Shown here piece by piece: positions 28,786-41,000 of a stretch of 64,000 nt of DNA (the first letter of the stretch is position 1; each line of letters opens with the position of its first letter). Location of the stretch: the IMG/VR virus record IMGVR_UViG_3300020187_000022, positions 4,336-68,335 of that record, one strand, 5' to 3'. A program made the translations under genes and the position numbers. A model generated the notes under the pieces. The model searched no databases. It was given only the letters and a program-made list of their open reading frames with translations, and had not been told where the DNA came from. This DNA is from a virus.

Positions 28786-29148
28786 TTAATTTTTTTTAAT
28801 TTTTGGCAATTGTTTGATTATAACAGGTTTAACTATAGGTTTAATTCGGGGTTTTGTTATTGGTTTTGTATGCATTACAGGTGGAACATAAGAATTTCTT
28901 ATATTTATATTTGGAACAATGTAATTATTCCAATTTCTATATTGCCAGTTTTGTCTATAATGATATCTAAAAGGGTCATCCTGACGAAGTATTCTAAATT
29001 TAAAGTCTCTGACTGGAACAGCAAGAGTATCACCTTTCTCTGTTATTGTTAAAATACTTTTAATCTTATAACTAGTAGATATATTATATGTACCGCAAGA
29101 TGAAAATGTTGCTAGTAATAATATTAATAAAATGAATAGTTTTTTCAT
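28786..29148 (-). CDS. lipoprotein
   Basis: MKKLFILLILLLATFSSC lipoprotein signal; Pro/Lys-rich tail. Confidence 0.7.
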   Translation of the reverse strand: MKKLFILLILLLATFSSCGTYNISTSYKIKSILTITEKGDTLAVPVRDFKFRILRQDDPFRYHYRQNWQYRNWNNYIVPNINIRNSYVPPVMHTKPITKPRIKPIVKPVIIKQLPKIKKN

Positions 29149-29206
29149 AACTGTTAGAGTGTGACTTTAAACCCTATATAATAATATACACTATTTATAT
29201 GGTATA

Positions 29207-29242
29207 TAAAAAGAAAACTCCCTAGAATTACCTAGAGAGTTT
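29207..29242 (-). terminator. intrinsic terminator after the 1943-aa gene
   Basis: - strand AAACTCTCTAG-GTAATT-CTAGGGAGTTT then TCTTTT. Confidence 0.75.
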
Positions 29243-29248
29243 AAACTT

Positions 29249-32200
29249 TTAATTAGCTAAAAACTTTTGTTCTTTTATTAAATTTTCCCATTTCTGTATA
29301 CTATATAAAATAGGCATGGCATCTCGCCAAGCTTTGTTAACTTTTAGTTGACCTTTATTAGGTTTATTTTGATAAACATATTCTGAGTCAGCATAAAAAC
29401 CATCTTTACCTTTAATTATATATCCGGCTGGTGTCCAGAAACTTAACTTTAAAGCTTCTCCTAAATTACCCAATGCTTTAGCAGAGACAATAGGTGACTT
29501 CGCCATTTGAAACATTTGTACAGGATCAATAAACAAAACAAGTTCTTTATAAAGTCTATCACCCTGGTACCTTGCCAAGTGTTTAAGTCTTTTTTTCGTA
29601 TCATCATCATCAGCATCACCTGCTAAAACACTATCCATTATTGTATTTATTAAACTTACAGTCATCATAATGCTTATTTCACCCATCGTTCTATAGACTC
29701 CAAAGAGTTTATTGGATGCTCTTTGTTCTGCAAATCCACCACCTTGATCAGCTGTAACCTTTTTAAAACCTTCACCGAACTTTCTTATATCTCTATTACC
29801 GGCCCAGATCTGTTGTTTAGAATACGCTAAGAATTTCCAAAAGGATTTATACCTACCTTCCATCCAACCTAAGTTTTCATCAAAGTACTCTCCTTGAAAT
29901 CTAGCTCTAATTGCGGGTGCAACCCATTTGTGAAACTGTGCTGCTAAATTACCTAATGTATAACTTTGTATAACCATTCTATCTTCTGCAGCATAGTTAC
30001 CATGGATTTGTTTATTTACTTCACGCACTTTATTTCTAAAAGCATATCTCCATTTATCAGTATACTCTTCTATTGTACCATCTTTGTTTATTACTTTTGT
30101 AAACCCTTCAGGTAATGACAGCTCATGGGTTTGACCATTAAACTGCATTGCATCATATAATGATAATGTTTCACCAGTACTCTCATTAAGTACATCTGTA
30201 TCCATTAGCATTGCTATACCAACTTTAGTTTGTACATTATATTCTGCAGCATCTTGCATAACATAACCCCAAGCTTTAAATCTTGACCATAAACTTTTTG
30301 TATCATTTTTTCTAGATGATTCACGTATGTCTGTTGAGTCATCCATCATTCTAAATAAATCTACAAAAGCTTCATACTTATTGTTAGCTTTATCAGGATC
30401 ATAATCTGATTTGTTTAAACCCAGTAAACCTAACGTAGCAATGTCTGCTATATCACCAACACCACTACCTGTTCTTTGTATAATACCAGGTAGAGCTGTA
30501 ACATTATACTCTTTACTTGCTCTAAAATAACTCTTCTTAGTAAAAAATCTACTACCCAACATTTCTATATTGTTGTTGATTCTACCCATCAAGTAGTTAT
30601 TAAAGTTACCAAAAGGGTTAAACGCTACATATGCTAAAGAAGATTGTGATATTAATGCATTTGCAAACTTATCAAAAAATCCTTGGCTTACCAATTCATT
30701 GTCATAGTATACCATTGACATATATGCTTGCGCTCTTTTAAGCACGTTAGACTCTCCAGATGTTTCTTTAGTAAAACCTACTTTTTTTAGTATACCCGTT
30801 GATGTACGCCCAAGTAAAGTTGTGTTTTTATCTGAAGGACTGTATTCTTTATTTGTTATAACTCTTATTATTGCTGCTAAAGTATCTTCTATTTCACCCA
30901 TTACTTCGTAATGCTCAGCCATAGCACTAAACTTCAATAAACTTGATCCTAAATCAGAACTTATTTCACCTACAGATGGTTGTATTCTTAATTTAGCAAG
31001 CCTTCCTTCAAGAACAGCTTTATCAGCTTTATATCTTTCCGGTGCCATCCTTCCTTTTTTATATATATTTTCAAGATCTACAAGTTCCGCTTCTACTGCT
31101 TCTAGTGCACCATCTACTCTTGGACTTCCTGTAAAACCTACAGGCATAGAGTTTATAAAGTTTCCGTTTTCATCAAGCAAAACAGTTTTTTGCGTTGCTG
31201 TTTCAGTGACTAAGTTTTTAACTGATCTAACTGTACCAGCAAACATTTTGGTAAAGAATCCAGATTTATTTTTTATATCATCTAATAAAGTATCCCTTAC
31301 CAAAGGCACCTTACCTAACATTTGTTGTCTTGTATTATCAGGAAGCTTTGCTAATAATTCTTTTTCATAGTATTGTATATAAATTTCATAGAATTCTCTC
31401 TGTGCAATTGATAAAGCATCTGTTTTAGTTGGATCAAATATAGCCTTGTATTTCTCACTACGCATGTCTTGCCCTAGTGTTCCATCTTCATTTATTGTAA
31501 ATGGATTTGCAACTCTATACTTAACTTTAGGAAATAACCCTTTTGCATTTTTTTCTATTACACCTGTAGGATTACCATCTACATCATTTTCTGCTTTATT
31601 GTATCTAGTAGTGTCAAAGTATTTTAAAATAAATTGATCGTACTCCGCATCTTTAACTCCAATTTTTCTTTGCCACTTACCGTAAGTACCATTACTCACC
31701 CATGTTTCCCACTTTCGTCTTTCTTGTAAAAACTCATCTGTGTATCTGTGATATTCTCCATCTATTCTATTACCATTCTCATCAGATCTTTCAGCTCTCC
31801 AAAAATTTGAGTTTGCTCTTTTCTTTAAAGCTAAGTCAATATTATAATCTATATCTTCTTTTTTTGCTTTTAGAATGTCTTTAACATCTCTATACTGATA
31901 CATATGACCATTGACATCTATTAAAGCTTGTCTTAATTCAAATTGTTTATCAGAATACAATCCTCCAATTTCTTTTACATAAGTACCTGCACGCTTTCCT
32001 TCTGAGTCAAAGTCAAGCATAAAGTCATATATTTGATTTTTACTTCTACCATCAAGCTTTAGCAATTTATTAGCAGCTGTGCTCAATACATTTTCTCTAA
32101 AAGCAATTTTATCTAAAAGGATTTGTTTTTGTTCTTTATATATTTTATCAATTACTGCAAGTAAAGTATCATCTTGAGTAGCTAGATCTCTAGTTAATAA

Positions 32201-35080
32201 ATCTCCTGTACTAATATCATTACCTATTGTAAGTTCATCTATTAAATCTTGCTCAGTAAAACCTCCTTCAATACCAAACTTTTTGTTAGATCTGTTTTTG
32301 ACTACTTCCTTAACAAAATTAAATATAGCATCATTTACAAGACCTTCTCGCCCTGCTTTTAATACACTACCTCCAACAAGTTTATTTCGTTCTAGTAGTA
32401 ATTTAAATACTAATGTTTGTTGTGTTGCATTTAAATCTGGTGATTCACTAATATTATATAAGATTTCATAAGCAGATATAAACCTGTTAAAATTTAAAAC
32501 ATAACTAATAAATTCTCGTTTTGAAACGTTATTTGGATCAGATATATATGCAGTAAACTCTCTAATTTGTTTTAGAGCATCACTTAATAATGCAGAATAT
32601 ACTTTTGATTGCTCGTTAGGACCTTTATTCATCCCTTGATTAATGTATGCTAAGGTTCTAATTTGATAATCTCTTTGTTCTTTTTCAGTCTTATTAGTAA
32701 ATACTGTTTTACCCTTAGAGTTTGCTGTTAATGCTTCTTGCATTGCAACAGAATAATTTTCTAATGTTGCATAAATAGCATTCACTTCACGCTGAGGTTT
32801 AGCCTCTACTGTGGTTTTTGTTTGAGATTTTGCATTAGGATCTTGATCTCCTCTGTATGAAGAGTTTTCTTGATTCTTAATAGCAGCATCCATTTTTTGC
32901 TTATTAAGATTATCTTTTGTAGATGGGATAAGCATATCTACATAGCGTCTGTTTTCACTTGGTAGAGTTTCTGTATGATCATAACTCCCTTCAAAATTCC
33001 AAGTACCTAAGTACTTTTGTTCTTTCCCTTTACCTTTTATATCAACTTTGATATGGAATGTAGAAGCAGACATATCACCTTCAGAAACAGTGTATCCCAT
33101 ATTTTCAAACATTCTTCTATATAGATTTACTTGTAGATTGTGTTGAGCATTTGTAGAAAGTCTATCTACTCCTTTTTGTTTTAGTTTACTATCAGCGGGT
33201 AATTCCCACGTTTTTCCTTCGTACCTAGTTTCTTCTCTAAAACCTGTTGCAGTAGGTTTTTTATATGTTTCAAGAATAGAATTTTTACTTGTTTTTAAAT
33301 CTACTATTCTAATACTACCATCTGTTTCTATAATAATTAAATCTGCTGTACCAGCTATTTTTGTAGCTTTATCAAATACAATTACTTGAGATAAAGCAAT
33401 ACTACCAGGTGGCATTAAATCATTAATTATCACACCCATATCTTTAAATGCTTGTCTTGCCTGTTCTTCATTAAGAATTTTCATGTCTTTTATTATATCA
33501 TCAAAATTCTCAAATGCTACAATAGCATCGGCTATGCGGTCAAGGTCATTACCCAGATCTAAATTTAATTCAACAGACTCAAGCTTTTCAGTATCTAATC
33601 TTTTACCCTCTTTAATCTTTTCATTCCATTCCTTAACAGCATCCTTACGTTTTTGACCAGTCAAGTTTTTGATAGCTTCTGCTTTAGCAATTTTAGCTTC
33701 ACCCTCCTTATTGGTAAGCTGACCTTTTATTGCTGTAGTAGCTGATGTATATACCTCGCCATTAAGTATATCCATATAAGTATGAGACTTCTCATCAAAC
33801 ACCATGATGGTATCTGATTCATTTGCATTAGCAGCACTTACAGATAATGTTTCTAGTGGTTTACCCGGAGCATGTTTAGCCACATGCATAAGTTTGTCCA
33901 CTATTTCTTTTTGTATACCATTTGCAGAATCTTTAGCTTTGTCTATAACCCTTTGCTTTTCGGGGCTTAAAGAATACTTTACTCTTATATCTTTACGGAT
34001 ATTAAGATCAAAGTTTATTGCTTCTGTATTTAAAAGTTTTGCAATGTCACTAAACGTTGCAGTAGAACTAATTTGAGAAATAGGTATGGATCCTCCCGTT
34101 ATTAGTTCGTGAAAATTATTGATTACTGATTTTAACCACTCCAATGCTTCTTTAACTAAATTAACAAAAGAAGTTGTAGGTTTTGTTTCATATTCTTTTT
34201 TGAAGTGTCTAGCTAGAGCTTGAGTTACTATCTCCATATCTCTGTCTTGATTGCTAAACCTTTGGCTAGAACTGTATGCAGCTTTAATACCTTCTACCAT
34301 TTCTGGGAAGTTATTTTTTGCTTCAGAAAGTAAGCCATTATATAATGTAGGATTCTCGTTTTGTATAGCATCTGTAAATGGATGTAATACTTCTTCTATA
34401 GCAATTTCATTTGTTACTCTACCCTTAACTAATATTACACGTCCTTGATAATAAAATGAATTTACATTATTAAAGCTTGAATCTTTTACTCTCTTTGATT
34501 TAGGAATGAGAGCATGCAGCTTTTTTGCTTCCTTAACACTTAAAACATTAATTGTTAACTGAGGAAATAGTTTACTAAGATGTGTTATAACAGAAACAGC
34601 TCTTGTTTGATCCCATGCTCGTGTTTTAGGAAGCATGTCTTTAGGTGTAATAACTTTAGGATCTATGCTTATATATCTAGTTAACGGATTTATAGCTTGA
34701 GTTCTTGTAACAACATTTTGTGGTATATTATTTATTTTAAGATACTGACTAATTAAGTTATCATGATATTTAAAAGCAGCTTTACTTGCTTGCCAATCAC
34801 CTTTGAAGGTTCTTTTAACCATCATTCTGCCACCAAAGCTTACAATGTACCCTTTATCTTGTAAATTTTTTAATACACTTTCACCAAAAGATTTTTGTTT
34901 TAATGCGTAAGCTAACTTAGATTTTTTAGTATACTCTGCAGCTTCTGTTACAGTAGGAAATGCATCACTATCTTTAGTTTTTTGCCAAAGGTTAATTACG
35001 TTATTTGTTGCTATTTCAGTTTTATACACTGATTGCAACGCTTTATATTCCGCTGTATTTTTGTTAGGACACTTAGCCAT
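29249..35080 (-). CDS. giant virion (ejected-type) protein with degenerate zincin and PD-(D/E)XK nuclease domains
   Basis: MAKCPNKN start, EEVLH (34382-34396), IAGTAD...VDLKTS...QVNLY; sits downstream of the vRNAP gene as in crAss-like phages. Confidence 0.8.
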   Translation of the reverse strand: MAKCPNKNTAEYKALQSVYKTEIATNNVINLWQKTKDSDAFPTVTEAAEYTKKSKLAYALKQKSFGESVLKNLQDKGYIVSFGGRMMVKRTFKGDWQASKAAFKYHDNLISQYLKINNIPQNVVTRTQAINPLTRYISIDPKVITPKDMLPKTRAWDQTRAVSVITHLSKLFPQLTINVLSVKEAKKLHALIPKSKRVKDSSFNNVNSFYYQGRVILVKGRVTNEIAIEEVLHPFTDAIQNENPTLYNGLLSEAKNNFPEMVEGIKAAYSSSQRFSNQDRDMEIVTQALARHFKKEYETKPTTSFVNLVKEALEWLKSVINNFHELITGGSIPISQISSTATFSDIAKLLNTEAINFDLNIRKDIRVKYSLSPEKQRVIDKAKDSANGIQKEIVDKLMHVAKHAPGKPLETLSVSAANANESDTIMVFDEKSHTYMDILNGEVYTSATTAIKGQLTNKEGEAKIAKAEAIKNLTGQKRKDAVKEWNEKIKEGKRLDTEKLESVELNLDLGNDLDRIADAIVAFENFDDIIKDMKILNEEQARQAFKDMGVIINDLMPPGSIALSQVIVFDKATKIAGTADLIIIETDGSIRIVDLKTSKNSILETYKKPTATGFREETRYEGKTWELPADSKLKQKGVDRLSTNAQHNLQVNLYRRMFENMGYTVSEGDMSASTFHIKVDIKGKGKEQKYLGTWNFEGSYDHTETLPSENRRYVDMLIPSTKDNLNKQKMDAAIKNQENSSYRGDQDPNAKSQTKTTVEAKPQREVNAIYATLENYSVAMQEALTANSKGKTVFTNKTEKEQRDYQIRTLAYINQGMNKGPNEQSKVYSALLSDALKQIREFTAYISDPNNVSKREFISYVLNFNRFISAYEILYNISESPDLNATQQTLVFKLLLERNKLVGGSVLKAGREGLVNDAIFNFVKEVVKNRSNKKFGIEGGFTEQDLIDELTIGNDISTGDLLTRDLATQDDTLLAVIDKIYKEQKQILLDKIAFRENVLSTAANKLLKLDGRSKNQIYDFMLDFDSEGKRAGTYVKEIGGLYSDKQFELRQALIDVNGHMYQYRDVKDILKAKKEDIDYNIDLALKKRANSNFWRAERSDENGNRIDGEYHRYTDEFLQERRKWETWVSNGTYGKWQRKIGVKDAEYDQFILKYFDTTRYNKAENDVDGNPTGVIEKNAKGLFPKVKYRVANPFTINEDGTLGQDMRSEKYKAIFDPTKTDALSIAQREFYEIYIQYYEKELLAKLPDNTRQQMLGKVPLVRDTLLDDIKNKSGFFTKMFAGTVRSVKNLVTETATQKTVLLDENGNFINSMPVGFTGSPRVDGALEAVEAELVDLENIYKKGRMAPERYKADKAVLEGRLAKLRIQPSVGEISSDLGSSLLKFSAMAEHYEVMGEIEDTLAAIIRVITNKEYSPSDKNTTLLGRTSTGILKKVGFTKETSGESNVLKRAQAYMSMVYYDNELVSQGFFDKFANALISQSSLAYVAFNPFGNFNNYLMGRINNNIEMLGSRFFTKKSYFRASKEYNVTALPGIIQRTGSGVGDIADIATLGLLGLNKSDYDPDKANNKYEAFVDLFRMMDDSTDIRESSRKNDTKSLWSRFKAWGYVMQDAAEYNVQTKVGIAMLMDTDVLNESTGETLSLYDAMQFNGQTHELSLPEGFTKVINKDGTIEEYTDKWRYAFRNKVREVNKQIHGNYAAEDRMVIQSYTLGNLAAQFHKWVAPAIRARFQGEYFDENLGWMEGRYKSFWKFLAYSKQQIWAGNRDIRKFGEGFKKVTADQGGGFAEQRASNKLFGVYRTMGEISIMMTVSLINTIMDSVLAGDADDDDTKKRLKHLARYQGDRLYKELVLFIDPVQMFQMAKSPIVSAKALGNLGEALKLSFWTPAGYIIKGKDGFYADSEYVYQNKPNKGQLKVNKAWRDAMPILYSIQKWENLIKEQKFLAN

Positions 35081-35092
35081 AGTTTATTATTG

Positions 35093-38000
35093 TTATAGTA
35101 TACAATTATTTATTTCATCCATGAAAACTTCTTCAGAAGTCATTTCATCTGTTGGTATATAAGTACCCTCATTAAAAGCCTTAATCATTTTACTGAAAGG
35201 ATATAATTTTTGCTCACGCAATTTAGCCTTTTTTTCTGGGAAAGGTTCTATTTGCTCTTCCCAATATACTTCTAATGCAACGTTTACATCTGTTAAATCT
35301 GCTTCAAGCTCAAGCTGTAAGTCTGATTGTAATTGTGCAGCTCCTTCCATTTCTAAGCTTTCAACTTCACTAGTTTGTTGTGCTGGTATTGTACCGCCTT
35401 CCATAACATCTATTTGTAGTAAAGCAACTATCGTAGCTCTGGCTTCAATATCTATTTTATCTTGAGTTAGAAGATCTCTTCCGTTTTTCCAATAAACAGA
35501 CTTATCATTATTGTTTATATGATCTTGTTCATGTAAAACTAAAAATGTATTTATTAGTTTATTACTACTTAACAGATTTGTAATTCTATCCATAGACCAA
35601 CCTTGAGCAGCAACAGCTTCTAAAACTTTTGCTTTTTGTTTAGATGTTATACCGCCTTCTTGTCCGGTAAAGTAATCAAAGAACTTAGCTCTACCATCTT
35701 CGCCTTCTACAGGGTTTAATGTTATTGTAGTTCCGTTTGTGCTTGCATACCTTATAGACTCATCTTGATTTTGTAACTGTCTGTTAATTTTATATTCTGG
35801 AATTTCTAAACTTCTAGTGGGTGCTGCTATTTTAGGTTCTATTTCTGAAATATCTTTACCGTCAAGTTTAACAGATGTGTTAACCCCAACCTCTACTTCA
35901 ACAGAACCGTTTCTTAATACTTCCTCTAATGCAGCAGTTTGCTCAGCTTCTAATGAATCATAATCTATTTGTTCATCTTGATTATATACTCCATCAAGAT
36001 TAGTATCACTACCATAGTTTTTCTCTTTAACACTCTCTCTTACTTCTTGGTAAGTTGGTCTTTCACCAAACATAAAACCAATACCATTTTGCTGATTTGA
36101 TCCGTATGTTTCTGCTTTATTAAAGACCCTAACGCTTTCATTGCTTTTTTCTCCATCTACTTTAAATGTTACATATGTATCATTACCCATTGCATCTATA
36201 GATCTGTATCTTGCATATTCTAAATCGCTTGCTTCAGGATTATTATTTAATGAAACAGTTAAAATACCATCCGATATACTAACACCTTTAGATTTTGAAT
36301 TAAATGTATTTAATAACGAGTTGCTAATATTAGATTCTAAATAACCACTTACAAATTCTTTAGAAAGTTCTTCTTTAGTTAAACCAAACACCTCTTTCAT
36401 TTTTATATCAGAGCCATCACGTAAAGCAATGTTTGCTGTTTGTATATGACTTAAGTACCCGTTCATTATAAAGGGGCTCACAGCATCCATCAAAGTACCA
36501 TAAGTTAATTGTAGACCATCTTTAACCATCATATAGTTAATTATAGCTAAAGCACTATCGCGCATAGTTGCTGAGCCATATAACTTAGCAAAAGATGTCT
36601 GTAAATCTATTTTTTGTAATTTGTTTAAGCTTCTAAATGTATTTGCTTCTACAAGATTTAAACCTGTATTATTATCTTTATTTGTATAAGCATTTGTAAC
36701 AGCAAAAGTTTCTAAAAAGAAATTATCTTTTCCTATATCAGTTGCTCTCATATCCTCAACTAACTTATCTATAGATTGTAAATCAGAAGGATAAATAAAT
36801 TCATTACTTAATGTTGCAATGTTTTGCCCTTTTGTTTGATAAGCTTTGATTGTTATGTATGAGAGTAAATCTCTTGATATCTTTGCTTCTACTTCCTCAT
36901 CATAACCACTTGACTCTGTATCTACATTTGTTAAAATTTTGTCCATTATATTTTTAAACTCTGGACTTGCGCTTAAAAATGTAGAAGGTAATAACTCTGT
37001 ACGAACCTCATTGAAAATTTCTAAATACTTAGCTTGCCATGTGTCTTTTAAATATATACTAGATAAATCCATTATCGCTTTAGGATCTAGCAACTTATCT
37101 ATTTGATTAGACTTTTTGTTAATTGCAGCCATGTCTTTTCCTAAACCTTGTGTTAAGTTAGAAACAGCACCCATATTAGCTGTAAATTTACTAACTGTAT
37201 TACCAGCCTTAAACAATTTAAGTATGGAGAATAAAGTTTGTTCATCTACTTCATTTGGTAATTTAATTGAATTTATTAATAATTCGTTTGTTACAGAAAG
37301 AGCCTTAAACTTTTTACCCTCTGGGTTCAAACTTTCAAGCATGTTGTCTACTAAAGTATCTACTCCAGGGTCCATCTTTTCCTTCTTGTTTAATGCTTCA
37401 TTATAAATTTCTTGTATAATAGGATTGTTTATTAGAAGTAAAGAAGTATTAATAGGAACACCTAATGCTGTTAGATTACCAACTAAACCTAATGCAGATT
37501 TATTTAAACCAAGTTTAGCAACCAACCTTTCTTTTGCATTATCTGTAGCCATAGTAATCAAAGAAGAAATGATATCTTGTTTTCTAAGACCTTTTTTTGT
37601 TTTAGATAACTTTTCTCTAAGAACACCGAAGTCATTATAAGTAATACCATTAATTACAATACTAGGAGCATTGCTTTTTAATTTTATTTTGTATTCAGTT
37701 AATAAACTTAAATACTGATTAGGTAAAACAATTGCACCAATAGCAGCGCCCTTGTTAGCCTTAAAGGCTTTTATCTTACCTAGTATATTGTCAATATCAA
37801 TATTATCTTCTCTTGATCTTTCAGTCAAAGGAGATATACCATTTTCTAGTTTGGTAATTTCTTGTAATACTTTCCATTCATCTTCAAGTATATCTAGTGC
37901 AGCAGCTGTATAAGAAATTGGAGTCTCTTCTGTAGTAGATTCTGTAACACCTCTGTTACCCATTAATGCATATTTGTAATCTAAAATGTCATTATTTAAT

Positions 38001-41000
38001 GCAGCTACATATGGTTCTCCGTTTTTCTTTTTATAAGTAATATATTGTTGTTTAGATATAGGAAGACCTAACATCTCTAGTGCAATAATTGCATCTTGAT
38101 ATTCTTTTCCTAAAGCATCGCTTACAACTAATACAGAAGAGTTGCTAACTTTTATAGCTTGGTCATCTTGTTTATACAAGCTTAGTGCTTCATTATAGAT
38201 AGAACCTTTTTTTGCTACTTGATTTTTTACATACTCTATATAATCGTTGTATTGACCCTGCTCAGTAGTAGCTTTACCATACTCAATAAAGTTTTTATCT
38301 TTTACATACCATTCTTTAATTTGACTGTATACTTTATCTATATCAAAATCCGCTCCTGATATTTCAACAAGCTCTCTGGCAAACATAGCAACAGATCCGT
38401 ATACAGCAGGTAAGAAGTCTACATATTTAGTATTAATTGTAGAATGATTATCTTGAGATGGGATACGTATTGCAAACATCTTTGATACAACATCTGGAAT
38501 TAATTCATTAGTGTTTTCTATTAAATCCATTACATCAGCAAAATGAGAAGGCATCATCATTTCAGTATATCTCTCTCCTGTTTCTTTACCCTTGCTATCA
38601 TATGCTTTAACACCAGCTCTTAGACGATCTTGTATTACTACAAATCCTCCTTTTGGTATTTTAACCTCAGACCAAGTTGGCTCAGCATTAGTGTCTAATC
38701 CGTTTGTTGGATCAACTAAAGCCGGTTTATTTTTCATTTTATTCCAAACACCTTCTCTAATTATTTCTGAACGTTCTGGAATACCATTGCTATCAAAGCT
38801 ATATACTTTTCTATATACGCCTACACCAAAGTCAGAAACTAAAGCTAAAGAATGACCAGGTAACTTTTCTGATAAACTACCCTTACTTAAATATGTTAAG
38901 AATAATCCTTCAAATTTATTTACAGTTATAGGATTGTTTAAATCATATTGCTGTTCTCCATTTACAGTATTAAAAAATTCTAGTAAATTACTGCTTGATT
39001 CTGATGCTTTTAAACCTGCCTGAGCATATCTTAAAAATGCTGTTAAGTTAGGAGTAATCTTATTTTGTTTAACTGACACTTTTAACTCATCCATTAAACC
39101 TACACTACCATCTTTCTTTTTAAATGTATAAACTAAATTTCTTTTGTTCTTAAATTTAAGCTCAACTCTTTTTCCAGTAGCTTTATTATATTCTTTTCTG
39201 ATTTGACCTACTGTTAAACCTAGCGCTTCTACATATACATTATCTTTTTGTTCTGATGTTATAATGTTTTTAATTTGTGTAGGATCAACAATTTCTAATT
39301 TGTTAGATGGCATCTCTACTTGCAACCCTAAATTTTTAGCACTTAGCTCAGAAGGACTGTTTGTAAAATCATTTGTATTTTCTAATTCACTTAAAGATAT
39401 AACATCTTGCTTAAGCATTTTATATGCACTCAATGGTGCTGCTATAGCAATTGATTCACTCTTTGCTTCTTCTGCTTCTAACTTCATTCTTAAGTTATGC
39501 AGTTTCATCATATTAGGTTTAGCTTCCCATATTGGTGTTTGACCTTCTTCAGCAATGTTATTTGATGTAAGCTGTGGTATTAATGGGAAAGCAGACATTT
39601 TAATAAATGTTCTACCATCTGCATATACTAACTTTCTTGAATTTAGCATAGCTCCATTTTGCACAAAACCATTTTCACCAAATATTTCTTCTGAAGTAAT
39701 ATCTTCACCCCGTTCTACTCTATCTAGTAAAGCAGCTTGCATTGGCGTAAGTTTTCCAAAGCCAAATTCAGTATACCTTAAACCTTTTGTAGTATAATAT
39801 AATTGAGCATCTGCTTCTTCAATGTTTTTGTTTGTGCCTAATGAAGATTTACCAATAGGTTCTTCTAATACAAATCCACTTACTTTATCAACTATATGAT
39901 TAACACCTAACTCTGGTGCTGTTATAGCACTATAAGCACTAACCGTTGCTGCATTTTGTGCTTTTGCTCTTTTAATTGCATCTACACCATTCTTTAAAGT
40001 TACTGCTTGGTCACCTAATAATATTTCGTTTAATGCTTTTGTATTAACCCAATCATTAAAAAAGATTTGTTTCAGGTTATGATCAGCATCATCAATTAGG
40101 TTTAACATCTCAGCACTTTCTTCAAAGTTAGCGGATATATCTAAACCATTTTTTATACTATTACTAATTTCTTGATTTAAATTTAAAGTTACTAACTCAG
40201 ATTTAAATTCAGCAAATTGATCTTCTAATATGTTATTAAGTTCAGATTTAAACTGATCTCTTGTCATGTTAATCTCATCAAGAGCTTGATCTAAAGTTAT
40301 ATCCCCTCCTCTATTAGCTATTTGTTCTAGTTCTGTTTTAACTTGTGGTGATAATAATAACTGAGAGTTATGAAGTTTAAAAGCTCTTCCATCATTATCT
40401 TGGTTATAACCTACTATACTTCTTTCTGTTTTTGTTTCAACGTTTCTTTCTCTTTTGATACGGTTGAACTCTGTTTCAATAGAGTCAAGGTAAATATTTA
40501 ATGTCTCATCTGTTATAGTAGTAATACCATTAGATGTTTCTACTGCTCTTAAGACAGGCATGTAAGCCATATCACCTGTGTTAGATGATTCCAATACTCT
40601 TAATAATATAGGTGCTAGTGCAGTTTTTACTTCTTCATTTTCTGCATTATTAAAGTATTCTACAAAATCAACTCTTCCGGATTTTGTATTAACTAATGCG
40701 GTGTATGAGTTTATTAAAGTTAAAGCAAATTCTTGAGGAGTAAAATTACCATAAGTAGATCTTGAACTTACACCTGATATATTTGCATTAATTTCTTCTT
40801 CTGTTTTGTTTATTTTACCTACTGCAGAACCGGCAAATCTTAAAATCTTTTGTCTTTGATCCGCACTTAATTGTACAAAGGCATCACTATTTAAAAGATA
40901 ATTGTTTTCTAAATAAGGAAACTGTGCTTTCAAACCTTCTAATTGATCCAGATCATTTAATTTTTGAATAGCTTTTAAATGATATGTAGGTTTCTGATGT

